Positions 27,738 through 36,882 of a DNA stretch of 64,000 nt are shown here, piece after piece (the first letter of the stretch is position 1; every line of letters begins with the position of its first letter). Location of the stretch: assembly GCF_002087085.1 (NCBI RefSeq), contig NZ_MWQY01000008.1, positions 1 through 64,000 of the forward strand. The letters are read 5' to 3'. The translations under genes were made by a program, and so were the position numbers. The notes below the pieces were generated by a model. That model did no database searches. It saw only the letters and a program-made list of their open reading frames with translations, and was not told where the DNA came from.

Positions 27738-29003
27738 ATGCCAGATTCAACTCTGCACAATAAGCTTGGGAAAAACTTTTTTCTGAACGCCCTTGACGGC
27801 ATCTCTTTTCTTACGGGAATGATCTTTCTCTCCCCGGAAAGTGTTCTGCCGGTCTACATCGAACGCCTCGGAGGTTCCCCCTTCATACTGTCCCTTATTC
27901 CGGTTCTGCGCAATATCGGGGTCTTTTTCCCTTCCATCTTTGTGGCCAGATATATTCAGACCCTGCGTTACAAGAAGCCCTATATTCTGATTACCGGAGC
28001 CTTCCAGCGGGTTCCCTGGCTTCTGGCAGCCCTGAGCGGCCTGGCCTTTGGCGCGGAATATCCGGGGTTTGTCATCTTCAGCCTGATGCTTGCCCTCTTC
28101 ATTACCCAGGGAACCACCGGGATCGCCGTTCCCGCTTTCTTTGATCTGACGGCAAAGACCATTCCCATAAACCTTCGCGGCCGTCTTTTCGCCGTAAGGA
28201 ACCTGGGAAGCTATCTGATCGGACTTGCCTGCGGAGGAATCATCATTCGTATTATGAACACCGTCCCGTTTCCCGACAACTTTCCCCTGCTCATGATAAT
28301 CGGTTTCTCTTTTCTCATGATCTACCTGCCCTCCCTCGGTTTCTATTCCGAACCCCCGAGCAGACGGATACGATTCTCAACCGAACCATTGGGGAGTTTT
28401 CTGCGGGGCCTCCGGCAGATCCCCAGGGAGAACCGGGATTTCGGACGCTATATTCTTGGCAGGGTATTTTATACCCTGGCCTTTACCAGCTATTCCTATT
28501 TCGCGGTGCACCTGGTTCGCCGCTTTTCCCTGCATGAGAGCGAGGTGGGCCTTTTTACCATGATTACTGCGGCGACCTTCATTGTAGCAAATCCACTGCT
28601 TGGGGAGCTTGCCGACCGTAAAGGGCATCTCTTTAACCACCTTATCGGTGCCCTGTCCCTGATAATCGGAAACCTGGCGGCCCTTTTTGCGGGCTCCTAC
28701 TCCCTGGCCCTGATCAGTATCGCAGCAGGAGCGCTGACTCTCTGCATAAACAACGTGTCCCAGTTTGCCATTGTCATCGAGTTCGGCCAGGACTTCGAAA
28801 TCCCCGTGTATATCGGTATCGTCGGGCTGGCGGTGGGAATCTCGTCCCTGTCCATCATTTTTCTCGGATACCTCTCCTCCATCTTCGGGCTCGGGGTAAT
28901 CTTCTGGTTTTCCCTGGGAGCCTCCGTCCTGAGTCTTGGAATTTTCACCACAGTTACCGAGCCGAGAAAACACCGGCCACCCACGGTTGTGGACGCGCGG
29001 TGA
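27738..29003 (+). CDS. MFS transporter
   Basis: About 12 hydrophobic segments; RGR and GELADRKG loops. Confidence 0.85.
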   Translation: MPDSTLHNKLGKNFFLNALDGISFLTGMIFLSPESVLPVYIERLGGSPFILSLIPVLRNIGVFFPSIFVARYIQTLRYKKPYILITGAFQRVPWLLAALSGLAFGAEYPGFVIFSLMLALFITQGTTGIAVPAFFDLTAKTIPINLRGRLFAVRNLGSYLIGLACGGIIIRIMNTVPFPDNFPLLMIIGFSFLMIYLPSLGFYSEPPSRRIRFSTEPLGSFLRGLRQIPRENRDFGRYILGRVFYTLAFTSYSYFAVHLVRRFSLHESEVGLFTMITAATFIVANPLLGELADRKGHLFNHLIGALSLIIGNLAALFAGSYSLALISIAAGALTLCINNVSQFAIVIEFGQDFEIPVYIGIVGLAVGISSLSIIFLGYLSSIFGLGVIFWFSLGASVLSLGIFTTVTEPRKHRPPTVVDAR

Positions 29004-29086
29004 TCAACAGGAAAACACGGCTTAGCTCCATTCTCATGGTCTTTCCCCTTGACACCTTTCCGCTGAACCTGATCTAGTAACTGGCC

Positions 29087-32000
29087 ATGACGGATGCTCA
29101 AACCGACCCTGGACAACTGAAGAAACTCCTCCCCCACACCATGGGCGCAGAGCGGTATCGCCTTTCTCGGCGCCTGTCCAATGCCGGCAAGGACCCGCAG
29201 CGCCTGGAGGAGGCTGCACTCGGGATACTCGAGTCCGTTGAACAGAGACGCCGGAGAGCCGAAGGACTGCCCGCGCCGGACTACCCGGAGGAGCTTCCCA
29301 TTACGGCCCGGAAGGATGAAATCGTCGCAGCCATACAAAGGAACCAGGTGATCATTCTCTCAGGAGAAACAGGCTCAGGCAAATCGACCCAGATACCGAA
29401 AATGTGCCTGGAAGCCGGCCGGGGCATCGACGGCCAGGTAGGCTGCACCCAGCCCCGTCGTATCGCCGCCCTGAGCCTGGCATCCAGGGTTGCCGAGGAA
29501 CTTGGGGACGGAGAAAAAAAATGGGTCTCCAGCAAGATCCGCTTTCAGGAATCCGGCTCCGACGATGCCTATATAAAGTTCATGACCGATGGAATCCTGC
29601 TGGCGGAGACCCAGTCGGACCGCTTTCTGAACCGATATGACACCCTGATTATCGACGAGGCCCATGAACGGAGCCTGAATATCGACCTGATCCTCGGCAT
29701 TCTGCGGAAACTGCTCAAAAAACGCCGGGATCTCAAGCTGATTATAACCTCCGCCACAATCGACACGGAAAAGTTCTCCGCTGCCTTTGACGGAGCCCCG
29801 ATCTTTGAGGTCTCCGGAAGAACCTACCCGGTGGAGGTGATCTACCAGCCTCAGACCGGCGAATCCGAGGATCTCTCTTATGTGGAACAGGCGGTGGCTG
29901 CGGTTGAGAATATCTGTCGGACAAGCCGCGACGGAGACGTCCTTGTCTTCATGCCCACCGAGGCGGACATCCGGGAAACCTGCGACGGTATCGAAGGTCT
30001 GGGAATATCTTCCCTGACGGTGCTTCCTCTTTTTGCCAGGCTTACCTCCGCCGCCCAGAGCAGAATCTTCGCCACCCACGCAGGACGCAAGGTGGTCGTC
30101 GCCACCAACGTGGCGGAGACCTCCATAACCATTCCGGGAATTGTCTACGTTGTGGACACCGGCCTGGCCCGGATTTCAACCTATTCCCCCGCCTCGCGAA
30201 CCACCGCCCTGCCGGTTTCGCCGATATCCCGCTCCTCCGCGGACCAGCGCAAGGGACGGGCAGGACGGGTCCGGCCGGGGGTCTGTATACGGCTCTACCC
30301 GGAAGAGGATTACCAGAGCCGTGAGGAGTTCACCAGACCGGAGATTCTCAGAGACAATCTGGCGGATGTAATCCTGCGCATGGTGTCCCTGCGCCTTGGG
30401 GATGTGGAGGATTTTCCCTTTATCGACAAACCCTCGACCCGACACTTAAGCGACGGAATCGGCATTCTCCGGGAGCTCGGGGCAGTTACCCGGGACAGGC
30501 AGGGAGGTCTGCAGCTGACCCGCCACGGCCGCCTGATGGCCCGGCTGCCCCTTGACCCGCGCTTTTCCAGAATGCTTATTGAAGCAGCCGAGCAGGGCAT
30601 TCTGCGGGATGCAGCGGTCATTGTATCGGTACTGACCATCCAGGACCCCCGGGACAGGCCCCAGGGGGAGGAAGACAAGGCCGATTCGGCCCACAGGAAG
30701 TTCCATGATCAGGAGTCGGACTTTGTAAGCCTTCTGAATATCTGGGAAGAGTACCACCAGGTATGGCGACAGGTACGCAGCCAGGGCAGGATGCGCAAAT
30801 ACTGCAGCCAGAACTACCTGAGCTATCGCCGCATGAAGGAGTGGCGGGATATTCACCTGCAGGTTACCTCCCTGTTGAAGGAACAGGGCTACGAGATCAA
30901 AACACCCGATATAAGCAGAAAACCGGAGAAAAAGGGAGAACCCTCCCCCTGGTACACAGCTTTGCATATATCCATTCTGACAGGGCTGCTCTCCAATATT
31001 GCGGAGAAAAAGGAAAAAAACATCTATACCGCCGCCAGGAATCGGGAAGCGATGATCTTTCCAGGCTCCGGTCTCTTCGGGAACGGTCCCGGATGGCTGG
31101 TAGCAGCCGAGATGGTCAGGACCAGCCGGCTGTTCGCCCGGACCTGCGCCGGGATTGAACCCGCCTGGCTTGAACGGATAGCCACCGGACAGTGCAGCTA
31201 CAGCTATCATGGAGCAACCTGGGCGGAAAAACAGATGGAGGTCACTGCGGTGGAGCAGGTACGCCTCTACGGACTCCTGATAAACCCCGGACGGACCGTC
31301 GCCTACGGAAAAATCAATCCCGGGGAGGCCTCGGACATCTTTATCCGGGAAGGAATCATGGAGGGGAGGTACGACTTTCGCCGGATACACCGGATTCTCC
31401 CGGTCCTAGAAAAAAACAGAAACACCCTTAAGGGAATCCTCAAACTGGAGGAGAAACTGCGACGACGGGACATCTACTGCGGCGACGAGGAGCTCTTCCG
31501 ATTTTATCGGGAGAGGATTCCCCGGGAGGTGTACGATTTCAAGGGCCTTGAGAAGTACCTGAAAGAGAGCGGGGAGGGAATCAGGAAACTGGAACTCTCC
31601 CGGGAAGATATCATGCTCTACAATCCGGACAGCGAAATCCTGGAACGTTTTCCCTCAGAGGCAGTAATCGATGGTCATCGTATAGACCTCGAATATGTAT
31701 TTGATCCCCAGCGCCCGGAAGACGGGGTCACCGCCCTTATTCCGGAGCGCATAAGCCGTGATCTGACAACCCCTGTATTCGACTGGCTGGTTCCTGGACT
31801 TTTCGAGGAGAAGGTCAGCACCCTCATGAAAGGGCTGCCCAAGGAGTACCGCCGACGCCTCGCTCCGGTCTCGGAGAGCGCCGGAAGAGTTGCCCGGAAC
31901 ATACCCCGGAATACCCGGGAACGGCTCGTAGTAGCTCTGAGCCGCTATATTCAGGAGGACTTCGGCTTTCTTATCCCCGAATCCGCCTGGGACGAAGAGT

Positions 32001-33028
32001 CCCTGCCCCCCCATTTGAAAATGCGCTTTACCGTTGTTGATGCCCGGGGCAGGAGACTGACGGAAGGCCGGGACAGGGAAGTCCTGACCTCTGCGGGGCC
32101 CTCGAAGCATTTAACCGGCAGCCTGGACCGGCTGAAGCGCTCCTGGGAGATCGAGGAACTGCGGATCTGGGACTTCGATGAGATTCCCGAACGGGTGGAG
32201 GGAGACGACGGGCTCCCCGCTTTCCCGGCCCTTACGCCCGAAGGGACGCAGGTCGCCCTGCGGCTCTATTTAAGTGCCGAGGAGGCTGCAGGAATCCACC
32301 CCGACGGGGTGGCCCTTCTTGTCTACCGCTCCTTCTCCGATATTCTCAAGACCTTCCGCCATGAGTTCATGCTCGGTAAAGAGTATCAGATGAAAGTGCT
32401 GCCCTTCGGCGGTCTCGAGAGCTTTAACGAGGGGGTCTGGCGATCCCTGACCATGAGACTCTTCCGTCGCAGCATACGGAGCAGGTCCGAATATCAGGAG
32501 TTCTCCGAGTGGATAAAGCCGCGACTCTACTCGGAACTGAAGGAGCTCTATCAGCCGGTATTGAGTGTCCTGGAGGAATACGCCCAGGTGCGGGAGTGCC
32601 TGTCCCGCCTTGAGACCAGGGAAGGCTCCAGGAAGGGGGTCAAAAGGTTCCTGTCGGTCCGGCGCAAAGAGCTTGAAAACCTTGTGCCCAGAGAGTTTTA
32701 CCGACTCTATGACAAGGAGGAGCTCAAAGAGGTTCCCCGCTTTCTCAGGGCCCTGAAAACCCGCATCGAGAAGGGGGCTGTAAACCCGGCGGCGGACACC
32801 GAAAAAGCTTTCGCGCTTATCCCCTACCTCAGCTGGTACAGGGAGACCAGGGATCTCCTGAAGGAGAGGAGCGGAATGAGCTATGCAAAGCGTCAGGCCT
32901 TGAAGGAGTACCGCTGGGCCCTGGAGGAGTATAAAATTCAGCTTTTTGCCCAGGAAATGGGTACCCGGATAAAGATAAGCCCACAGCGCCTAGACAAGCG
33001 TATCAGGACCATCGAGGAGATGCTCTGA
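29087..33028 (+). CDS. hrpA: ATP-dependent RNA helicase HrpA
   Basis: GETGSGKS, TQPRRIAA, DEAH, SAT, QRKGRAGR, C-terminal DUF3418-like ending (EEYKIQLFAQ). Confidence 0.95.
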   Translation: MTDAQTDPGQLKKLLPHTMGAERYRLSRRLSNAGKDPQRLEEAALGILESVEQRRRRAEGLPAPDYPEELPITARKDEIVAAIQRNQVIILSGETGSGKSTQIPKMCLEAGRGIDGQVGCTQPRRIAALSLASRVAEELGDGEKKWVSSKIRFQESGSDDAYIKFMTDGILLAETQSDRFLNRYDTLIIDEAHERSLNIDLILGILRKLLKKRRDLKLIITSATIDTEKFSAAFDGAPIFEVSGRTYPVEVIYQPQTGESEDLSYVEQAVAAVENICRTSRDGDVLVFMPTEADIRETCDGIEGLGISSLTVLPLFARLTSAAQSRIFATHAGRKVVVATNVAETSITIPGIVYVVDTGLARISTYSPASRTTALPVSPISRSSADQRKGRAGRVRPGVCIRLYPEEDYQSREEFTRPEILRDNLADVILRMVSLRLGDVEDFPFIDKPSTRHLSDGIGILRELGAVTRDRQGGLQLTRHGRLMARLPLDPRFSRMLIEAAEQGILRDAAVIVSVLTIQDPRDRPQGEEDKADSAHRKFHDQESDFVSLLNIWEEYHQVWRQVRSQGRMRKYCSQNYLSYRRMKEWRDIHLQVTSLLKEQGYEIKTPDISRKPEKKGEPSPWYTALHISILTGLLSNIAEKKEKNIYTAARNREAMIFPGSGLFGNGPGWLVAAEMVRTSRLFARTCAGIEPAWLERIATGQCSYSYHGATWAEKQMEVTAVEQVRLYGLLINPGRTVAYGKINPGEASDIFIREGIMEGRYDFRRIHRILPVLEKNRNTLKGILKLEEKLRRRDIYCGDEELFRFYRERIPREVYDFKGLEKYLKESGEGIRKLELSREDIMLYNPDSEILERFPSEAVIDGHRIDLEYVFDPQRPEDGVTALIPERISRDLTTPVFDWLVPGLFEEKVSTLMKGLPKEYRRRLAPVSESAGRVARNIPRNTRERLVVALSRYIQEDFGFLIPESAWDEESLPPHLKMRFTVVDARGRRLTEGRDREVLTSAGPSKHLTGSLDRLKRSWEIEELRIWDFDEIPERVEGDDGLPAFPALTPEGTQVALRLYLSAEEAAGIHPDGVALLVYRSFSDILKTFRHEFMLGKEYQMKVLPFGGLESFNEGVWRSLTMRLFRRSIRSRSEYQEFSEWIKPRLYSELKELYQPVLSVLEEYAQVRECLSRLETREGSRKGVKRFLSVRRKELENLVPREFYRLYDKEELKEVPRFLRALKTRIEKGAVNPAADTEKAFALIPYLSWYRETRDLLKERSGMSYAKRQALKEYRWALEEYKIQLFAQEMGTRIKISPQRLDKRIRTIEEML

Positions 33029-35129
33029 ACTGTCCCTCACCCCGCAGACTGTCGATGTTTCTCTCGGAGATATCATTGATTGAGTTGATCACACTCCTCA
33101 TGTTGCCGAGCATTTCATCCATGGAAGCCTGAGAGGCATGCATATCCGCAGCCATATCCTTCAGCTCGGACAGGGAATCGGTTACCTGTGTCCCGCCGAC
33201 GGACATCTCGTCCATTGCCATGATTACCTCGCTGATACTGTCGGCAACTCCCTGTATATGATGGATCATTTCGTTGATACTCTCCCCTGTTTTCTGGGAA
33301 ACGCTGGAGGTATTCCGGATTTCACTGATGATATCCTTCAATGTTCCGGATATTGTCGTCGAGTTCCGGTGAGACGTCACGGACAGACGACGGACCTCGG
33401 AGGCGACAATCGCAAAGCCCCTCCCCGCTGCACCGGCATGGGCCGCTTCGATGGCGGCGTTTATGGACAGTATGTTCGTATTGTCCGCGGCATCATTGAG
33501 GACTGCAATCAGATTGTCTATATCCTCAATGGAATCCACTACCCTCTCGATTGATTCCACCGTATCCGTCATGTCTTTCCTGCCCGATCTGGCCAGATCG
33601 ACAAGATTCACGATGGCATTCTGTTTCTCCTGAGATTTTCTGGTGGTATTTCTTATGGAAGATATCATCTGTTCGATAACTGCCGAAGACTGCAGAATGA
33701 AGCTGTGCTGACTCTCGAACTTCCTGCGGACGTTTTCCATTAAACCCTCGATGCTGTTGATCAGTTCACGGGAATGCAGGATTTCCTCATGCAGGCGCGT
33801 GGAAATACCGGCGGTGTTCTCCTGAGATTCGACAATCATTCGTGTTTGATAGTGATGACAGTTTTCTGCTTTATTCAGACCGTTGAGAATTGCGGTTGCC
33901 ATCATTTCACAACTGTTATATCCGCAGGCAGCGCAATTCAGAACATCCTTGACCGTAGTTTTTTTCATATCCGCATATATTTTCTGTAATTGCTCAGCGT
34001 CGGGGTACCGCAGCTGCATGTTGGAGGATAAATCACGGTAGCCGCGATCATAGAGTCCGGATTTCCAGTAGGTTTTAACGACTTTGCGAATCTTCCTTGT
34101 TATCCCTTTGTCGCCTTTCAGCAACGTCGGTTTGTATTTCCGCCGAGCTGCTTCCATGCGTTTTTGGATGGAATATTCGACTTCATCAACAATTTTATCG
34201 CGATCAGGGGTTCCGGGACCTCCGTTACAGCCGGAACTGCAATTCAGACAGTCCACAAGCAGAGGGTTATATCCCTTCTTCAGCGCATGATGAAGAGTCT
34301 TGAAATATGGATAGACCGTCTCGGGCCCTTCGATTTTCCGTATTCTCTTGACAAGCCCGGGACGTTCGCGTTCGACGGTACGCATCAGGCCGCCGGGCGA
34401 CGAGAACAGGACCGCCCGCTCAGGCAGCGGACCGGCGAAATCAAGCTCCGGATATTTGGAGAGGTCAATCTTTTTTCGGTCCAGATAGGCCCGGATACCG
34501 GTAAAGGTCACATTATAGTCACCCATTCCGGTCTCCTCAAACTCACGTTTCTTCGCTATGCAGGGCGAAAGAACCGCAACGGCGTGGTCCTTGTATTCAG
34601 GGTAGAATTCACGAATCATGGCTATGGTATGAAGCATGGGACTCTGTGCAGGAGCCAGATATTTCAGCAGTTCCGGCTGGTAAATCTCAATATAGCTTAC
34701 AATCGCCGGGCAGGGCTGGGCGATCAGCATTTCGGGTTTTTTATTTTCAATATGTGCAAGGTATGAATGAACCGTCAGCTCAGCTCCGAAACTGACATCA
34801 AAAACAGCGTCAACCCCCAGGGAAGCAAGAAATCCGTTCAGGCGCAGATAGGAATCAGCGAAATTCGCCGCCACGGCGGGTGCAGAGATGGCGACCATCC
34901 TGACCTTTCTTTCAAGGTCAGTAAAAAACCGGGGGCTGTCATCAATCAGGCTGCGTGCGCCGTGGGAGCATGCATCAATACAGCTCCCGCAACCGATACA
35001 AAGATCGTGGTTGATATCAACATGCTCGCCGCTGCCGTCTATGCAGTATTTGACAGGGCAGACCGAGATACACATATGGCAATTTACGCACTTTTCCGGA
35101 TCCACCTCTACAACGGGAGTCAGCTTCAT
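33003..35129 (-). CDS. Sensory [FeFe]-hydrogenase-like (group C) domain fused to a methyl-accepting chemotaxis signalling domain
   Basis: N-terminal 2x[4Fe-4S] (CVNCHMCISVCP, CIGCGSCIDAC). H-cluster-like motifs AQPCP, SPCIAKKRE and DCLNCSSGCNGG. FeS motif CAACGYNSC..C. MCP signature TNILSINAAIEAAHAGAAGRGFAIVASEVR. Confidence 0.88.
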   Translation of the reverse strand: MKLTPVVEVDPEKCVNCHMCISVCPVKYCIDGSGEHVDINHDLCIGCGSCIDACSHGARSLIDDSPRFFTDLERKVRMVAISAPAVAANFADSYLRLNGFLASLGVDAVFDVSFGAELTVHSYLAHIENKKPEMLIAQPCPAIVSYIEIYQPELLKYLAPAQSPMLHTIAMIREFYPEYKDHAVAVLSPCIAKKREFEETGMGDYNVTFTGIRAYLDRKKIDLSKYPELDFAGPLPERAVLFSSPGGLMRTVERERPGLVKRIRKIEGPETVYPYFKTLHHALKKGYNPLLVDCLNCSSGCNGGPGTPDRDKIVDEVEYSIQKRMEAARRKYKPTLLKGDKGITRKIRKVVKTYWKSGLYDRGYRDLSSNMQLRYPDAEQLQKIYADMKKTTVKDVLNCAACGYNSCEMMATAILNGLNKAENCHHYQTRMIVESQENTAGISTRLHEEILHSRELINSIEGLMENVRRKFESQHSFILQSSAVIEQMISSIRNTTRKSQEKQNAIVNLVDLARSGRKDMTDTVESIERVVDSIEDIDNLIAVLNDAADNTNILSINAAIEAAHAGAAGRGFAIVASEVRRLSVTSHRNSTTISGTLKDIISEIRNTSSVSQKTGESINEMIHHIQGVADSISEVIMAMDEMSVGGTQVTDSLSELKDMAADMHASQASMDEMLGNMRSVINSINDISERNIDSLRGEGQFRASPRWS

Positions 35130-35161
35130 CGTTTACCTCATAGCTCTATTGGCATAACTAT

Positions 35162-35190
35162 ATTATAGCGAAGTGCTGCACCTGTTGCAA
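35162..35190 (-). promoter_or_regulatory. sigma70-type promoter of the hydrogenase-MCP gene
   Basis: TTGCAA-17 bp-TATAAT on the minus strand. Confidence 0.75.
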
Positions 35191-35204
35191 GCTGACAGAC
35201 TGTT

Positions 35205-35744
35205 TTACTCTATGGAGATGAAAACCAGAACGGTACGTGAACCGTTACGCAGAGTCCTGCAGGTCCCGTGAGCGACCCCGGGGGACAGATCGATTACAGC
35301 TCCCGACGCTCCGCCGTCAGGAGCACCACAGAAGGGACAGGGACCGGAGAAGATCCCCCAGAAACCGGAACAGAAGAAACAGCCATTCTGCAGTGCGGAA
35401 GAGAGGGGAATTATAAAACGCCCTCCCCTGGCAGCTTCTTCCGGGCTCAATACAAGCTCGATATCCGCCCTTGAATACCGGGGCCTGAATGCCTGTTCCC
35501 GTTTCAAGGGTCGATTCTGGACCGCCTTCCGGCTGCGCCGGGTATCATATTCCCGCCGCTTCTCCGGATCACCCAGGACCTCGTAGGCCTCCCGGGCAGC
35601 CCGGAAATCCTCCGACTTTTCAGGACTGCCGGTTATGTCGGGATGACAATCCTTGACCCGTCGCCGGTAGGCATCCCGGATCTCTTGCTGGGATGCCTGA
35701 GCCTCCAGACCGAGAGAACTGTAGTGATTCGGTATCCCCGCCAT
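35205..35744 (-). CDS. DnaJ-domain protein with a single CxxC..CxxC zinc finger
   Basis: J domain (YSSLGL..HPD..AYEVLGDP..YD), followed by EEAARGG and CFFC/CPFC. Confidence 0.85.
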   Translation of the reverse strand: MAGIPNHYSSLGLEAQASQQEIRDAYRRRVKDCHPDITGSPEKSEDFRAAREAYEVLGDPEKRREYDTRRSRKAVQNRPLKREQAFRPRYSRADIELVLSPEEAARGGRFIIPLSSALQNGCFFCSGFWGIFSGPCPFCGAPDGGASGAVIDLSPGVAHGTCRTLRNGSRTVLVFISIE

Positions 35745-35934
35745 ATGGTAAATTTTACCCTTTCATTTCCAATCGTCAAGGGGGTTCTTGCGTCATAATG
35801 ACCCAGATTCCGGCACACATTCCCCGGGAACTGTCGTCTTTTTGCCCATTCAGTTCCGAACAGGGCTATTCATCATCGAGGAGGCGAACACTATATCTCT
35901 TTACACAATAATGACTTAACCATGCTTTCAATAC

Positions 35935-35951
35935 TTGGCACATTTATTGCA
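35935..35951 (+). promoter_or_regulatory. sigma54 (-24/-12) promoter of the hsp20 pair
   Basis: TTGGCAC-ATTTA-TTGCA matches the TGGCAC-N5-TTGCW consensus and ends 44 bp before the start codon. Confidence 0.8.
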
Positions 35952-35995
35952 TATAAATTAATAGAAAGAATAAAACCTGTTAGAGGAGGCAGAAT

Positions 35996-36451
35996 ATGGC
36001 ACTTGTACGATACCGCAATTCCATTGACCCGTGGCGGGAGTTTGAACGACTCAGGGATGAGATCAACGATCTTTTCGATTTTGATCAGACCGGCGGAAAC
36101 CGCGGCCTTTTTGACCGCCATGTATCCCCGGCGCTGGATGTAATCGAAGGATCCGACAATTTCACCGTAATGTGTGAGCTTCCCGGCATCGAGAAGAAGG
36201 ACGTCGAACTGTCCATTACCGGCAATGTGCTGACCATCAAGGGAGAGCGTTCCGCGGATAAAGAGAAAAGCAGCGAGAAGGTCTACCGGCAGGAGTCCTG
36301 GAGTGGAACTTTTCAGCGGACAATATCCCTGCCCCAGACTGTGGATGCCGACAGGAAGGTCGATGCTGTTCTAGAAAACGGCATTCTGACTCTTACCCTG
36401 CCCAAGAAGGAAGAGGCAAAACCCAGGCAGATTTCGATAAAGGTACAATAA
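35996..36451 (+). CDS. Hsp20/alpha-crystallin small heat-shock protein
   Basis: PALDVIE, ELPG, LTIKGER, GTFQRTISLP, NGILTLTLPK. Confidence 0.93.
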   Translation: MALVRYRNSIDPWREFERLRDEINDLFDFDQTGGNRGLFDRHVSPALDVIEGSDNFTVMCELPGIEKKDVELSITGNVLTIKGERSADKEKSSEKVYRQESWSGTFQRTISLPQTVDADRKVDAVLENGILTLTLPKKEEAKPRQISIKVQ

Positions 36452-36465
36452 AGAGGAGGCGAATT

Positions 36466-36834
36466 ATGGCTGATAAAAATTTACAGAAACGATCGGAAAC
36501 CAGGCCCACGGTCCGCGCCTGCTGCGATGTTCTTGAAAATGACGGGGAAATCACCCTGAAGCTGGAGATGCCGGGAGTAACAAAGGACGGCCTCAATGTT
36601 AACATCGACGGCGATCAGCTGGAGATACGCGGCATGCGGGATGTAAAACGCCCGGAGGGAGGCAACTATCTGATCCATGAAATCCGGGAAGCTGACTTCT
36701 ATCAGGTATACACCATCGATGAAACCATCGACCGCAACAAGATCGATGCCTCCCTGAAACATGGGATTCTCACCCTCAAGCTGGGCGTAAAGGAATCTCA
36801 GAAACCCCGAAAAATCGAAATCGCGGCAAAATAG
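36466..36834 (+). CDS. Hsp20/alpha-crystallin small heat-shock protein
   Basis: EMPGV, IDASLKHGILTL, PRKIEI. Confidence 0.9.
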   Translation: MADKNLQKRSETRPTVRACCDVLENDGEITLKLEMPGVTKDGLNVNIDGDQLEIRGMRDVKRPEGGNYLIHEIREADFYQVYTIDETIDRNKIDASLKHGILTLKLGVKESQKPRKIEIAAK

Positions 36835-36852
36835 AATGAAGGGTCCTGAAAA

Positions 36853-36882
36853 AATAAACCCGCCGGAGACGGCGGGTTTGTT
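36853..36882. terminator. Bidirectional Rho-independent terminator
   Basis: AATAAACCCGCC-GGAGAC-GGCGGGTTTGTT between convergent genes. Confidence 0.8.

Noticed and set aside
33003..33028. 26-bp 3' overlap of hrpA and the hydrogenase-MCP gene
   Set aside because: Short convergent overlaps are common; there is no evidence of function.
29087..33028. Helicase as part of an anti-phage defence system
   Set aside because: Canonical HrpA architecture in a housekeeping context with no nuclease partners.
33003..35129. Energy-conserving (catalytic) hydrogenase interpretation
   Set aside because: Altered P1/P3 motifs, the MCP fusion and the absence of partner subunits point to a sensory role.
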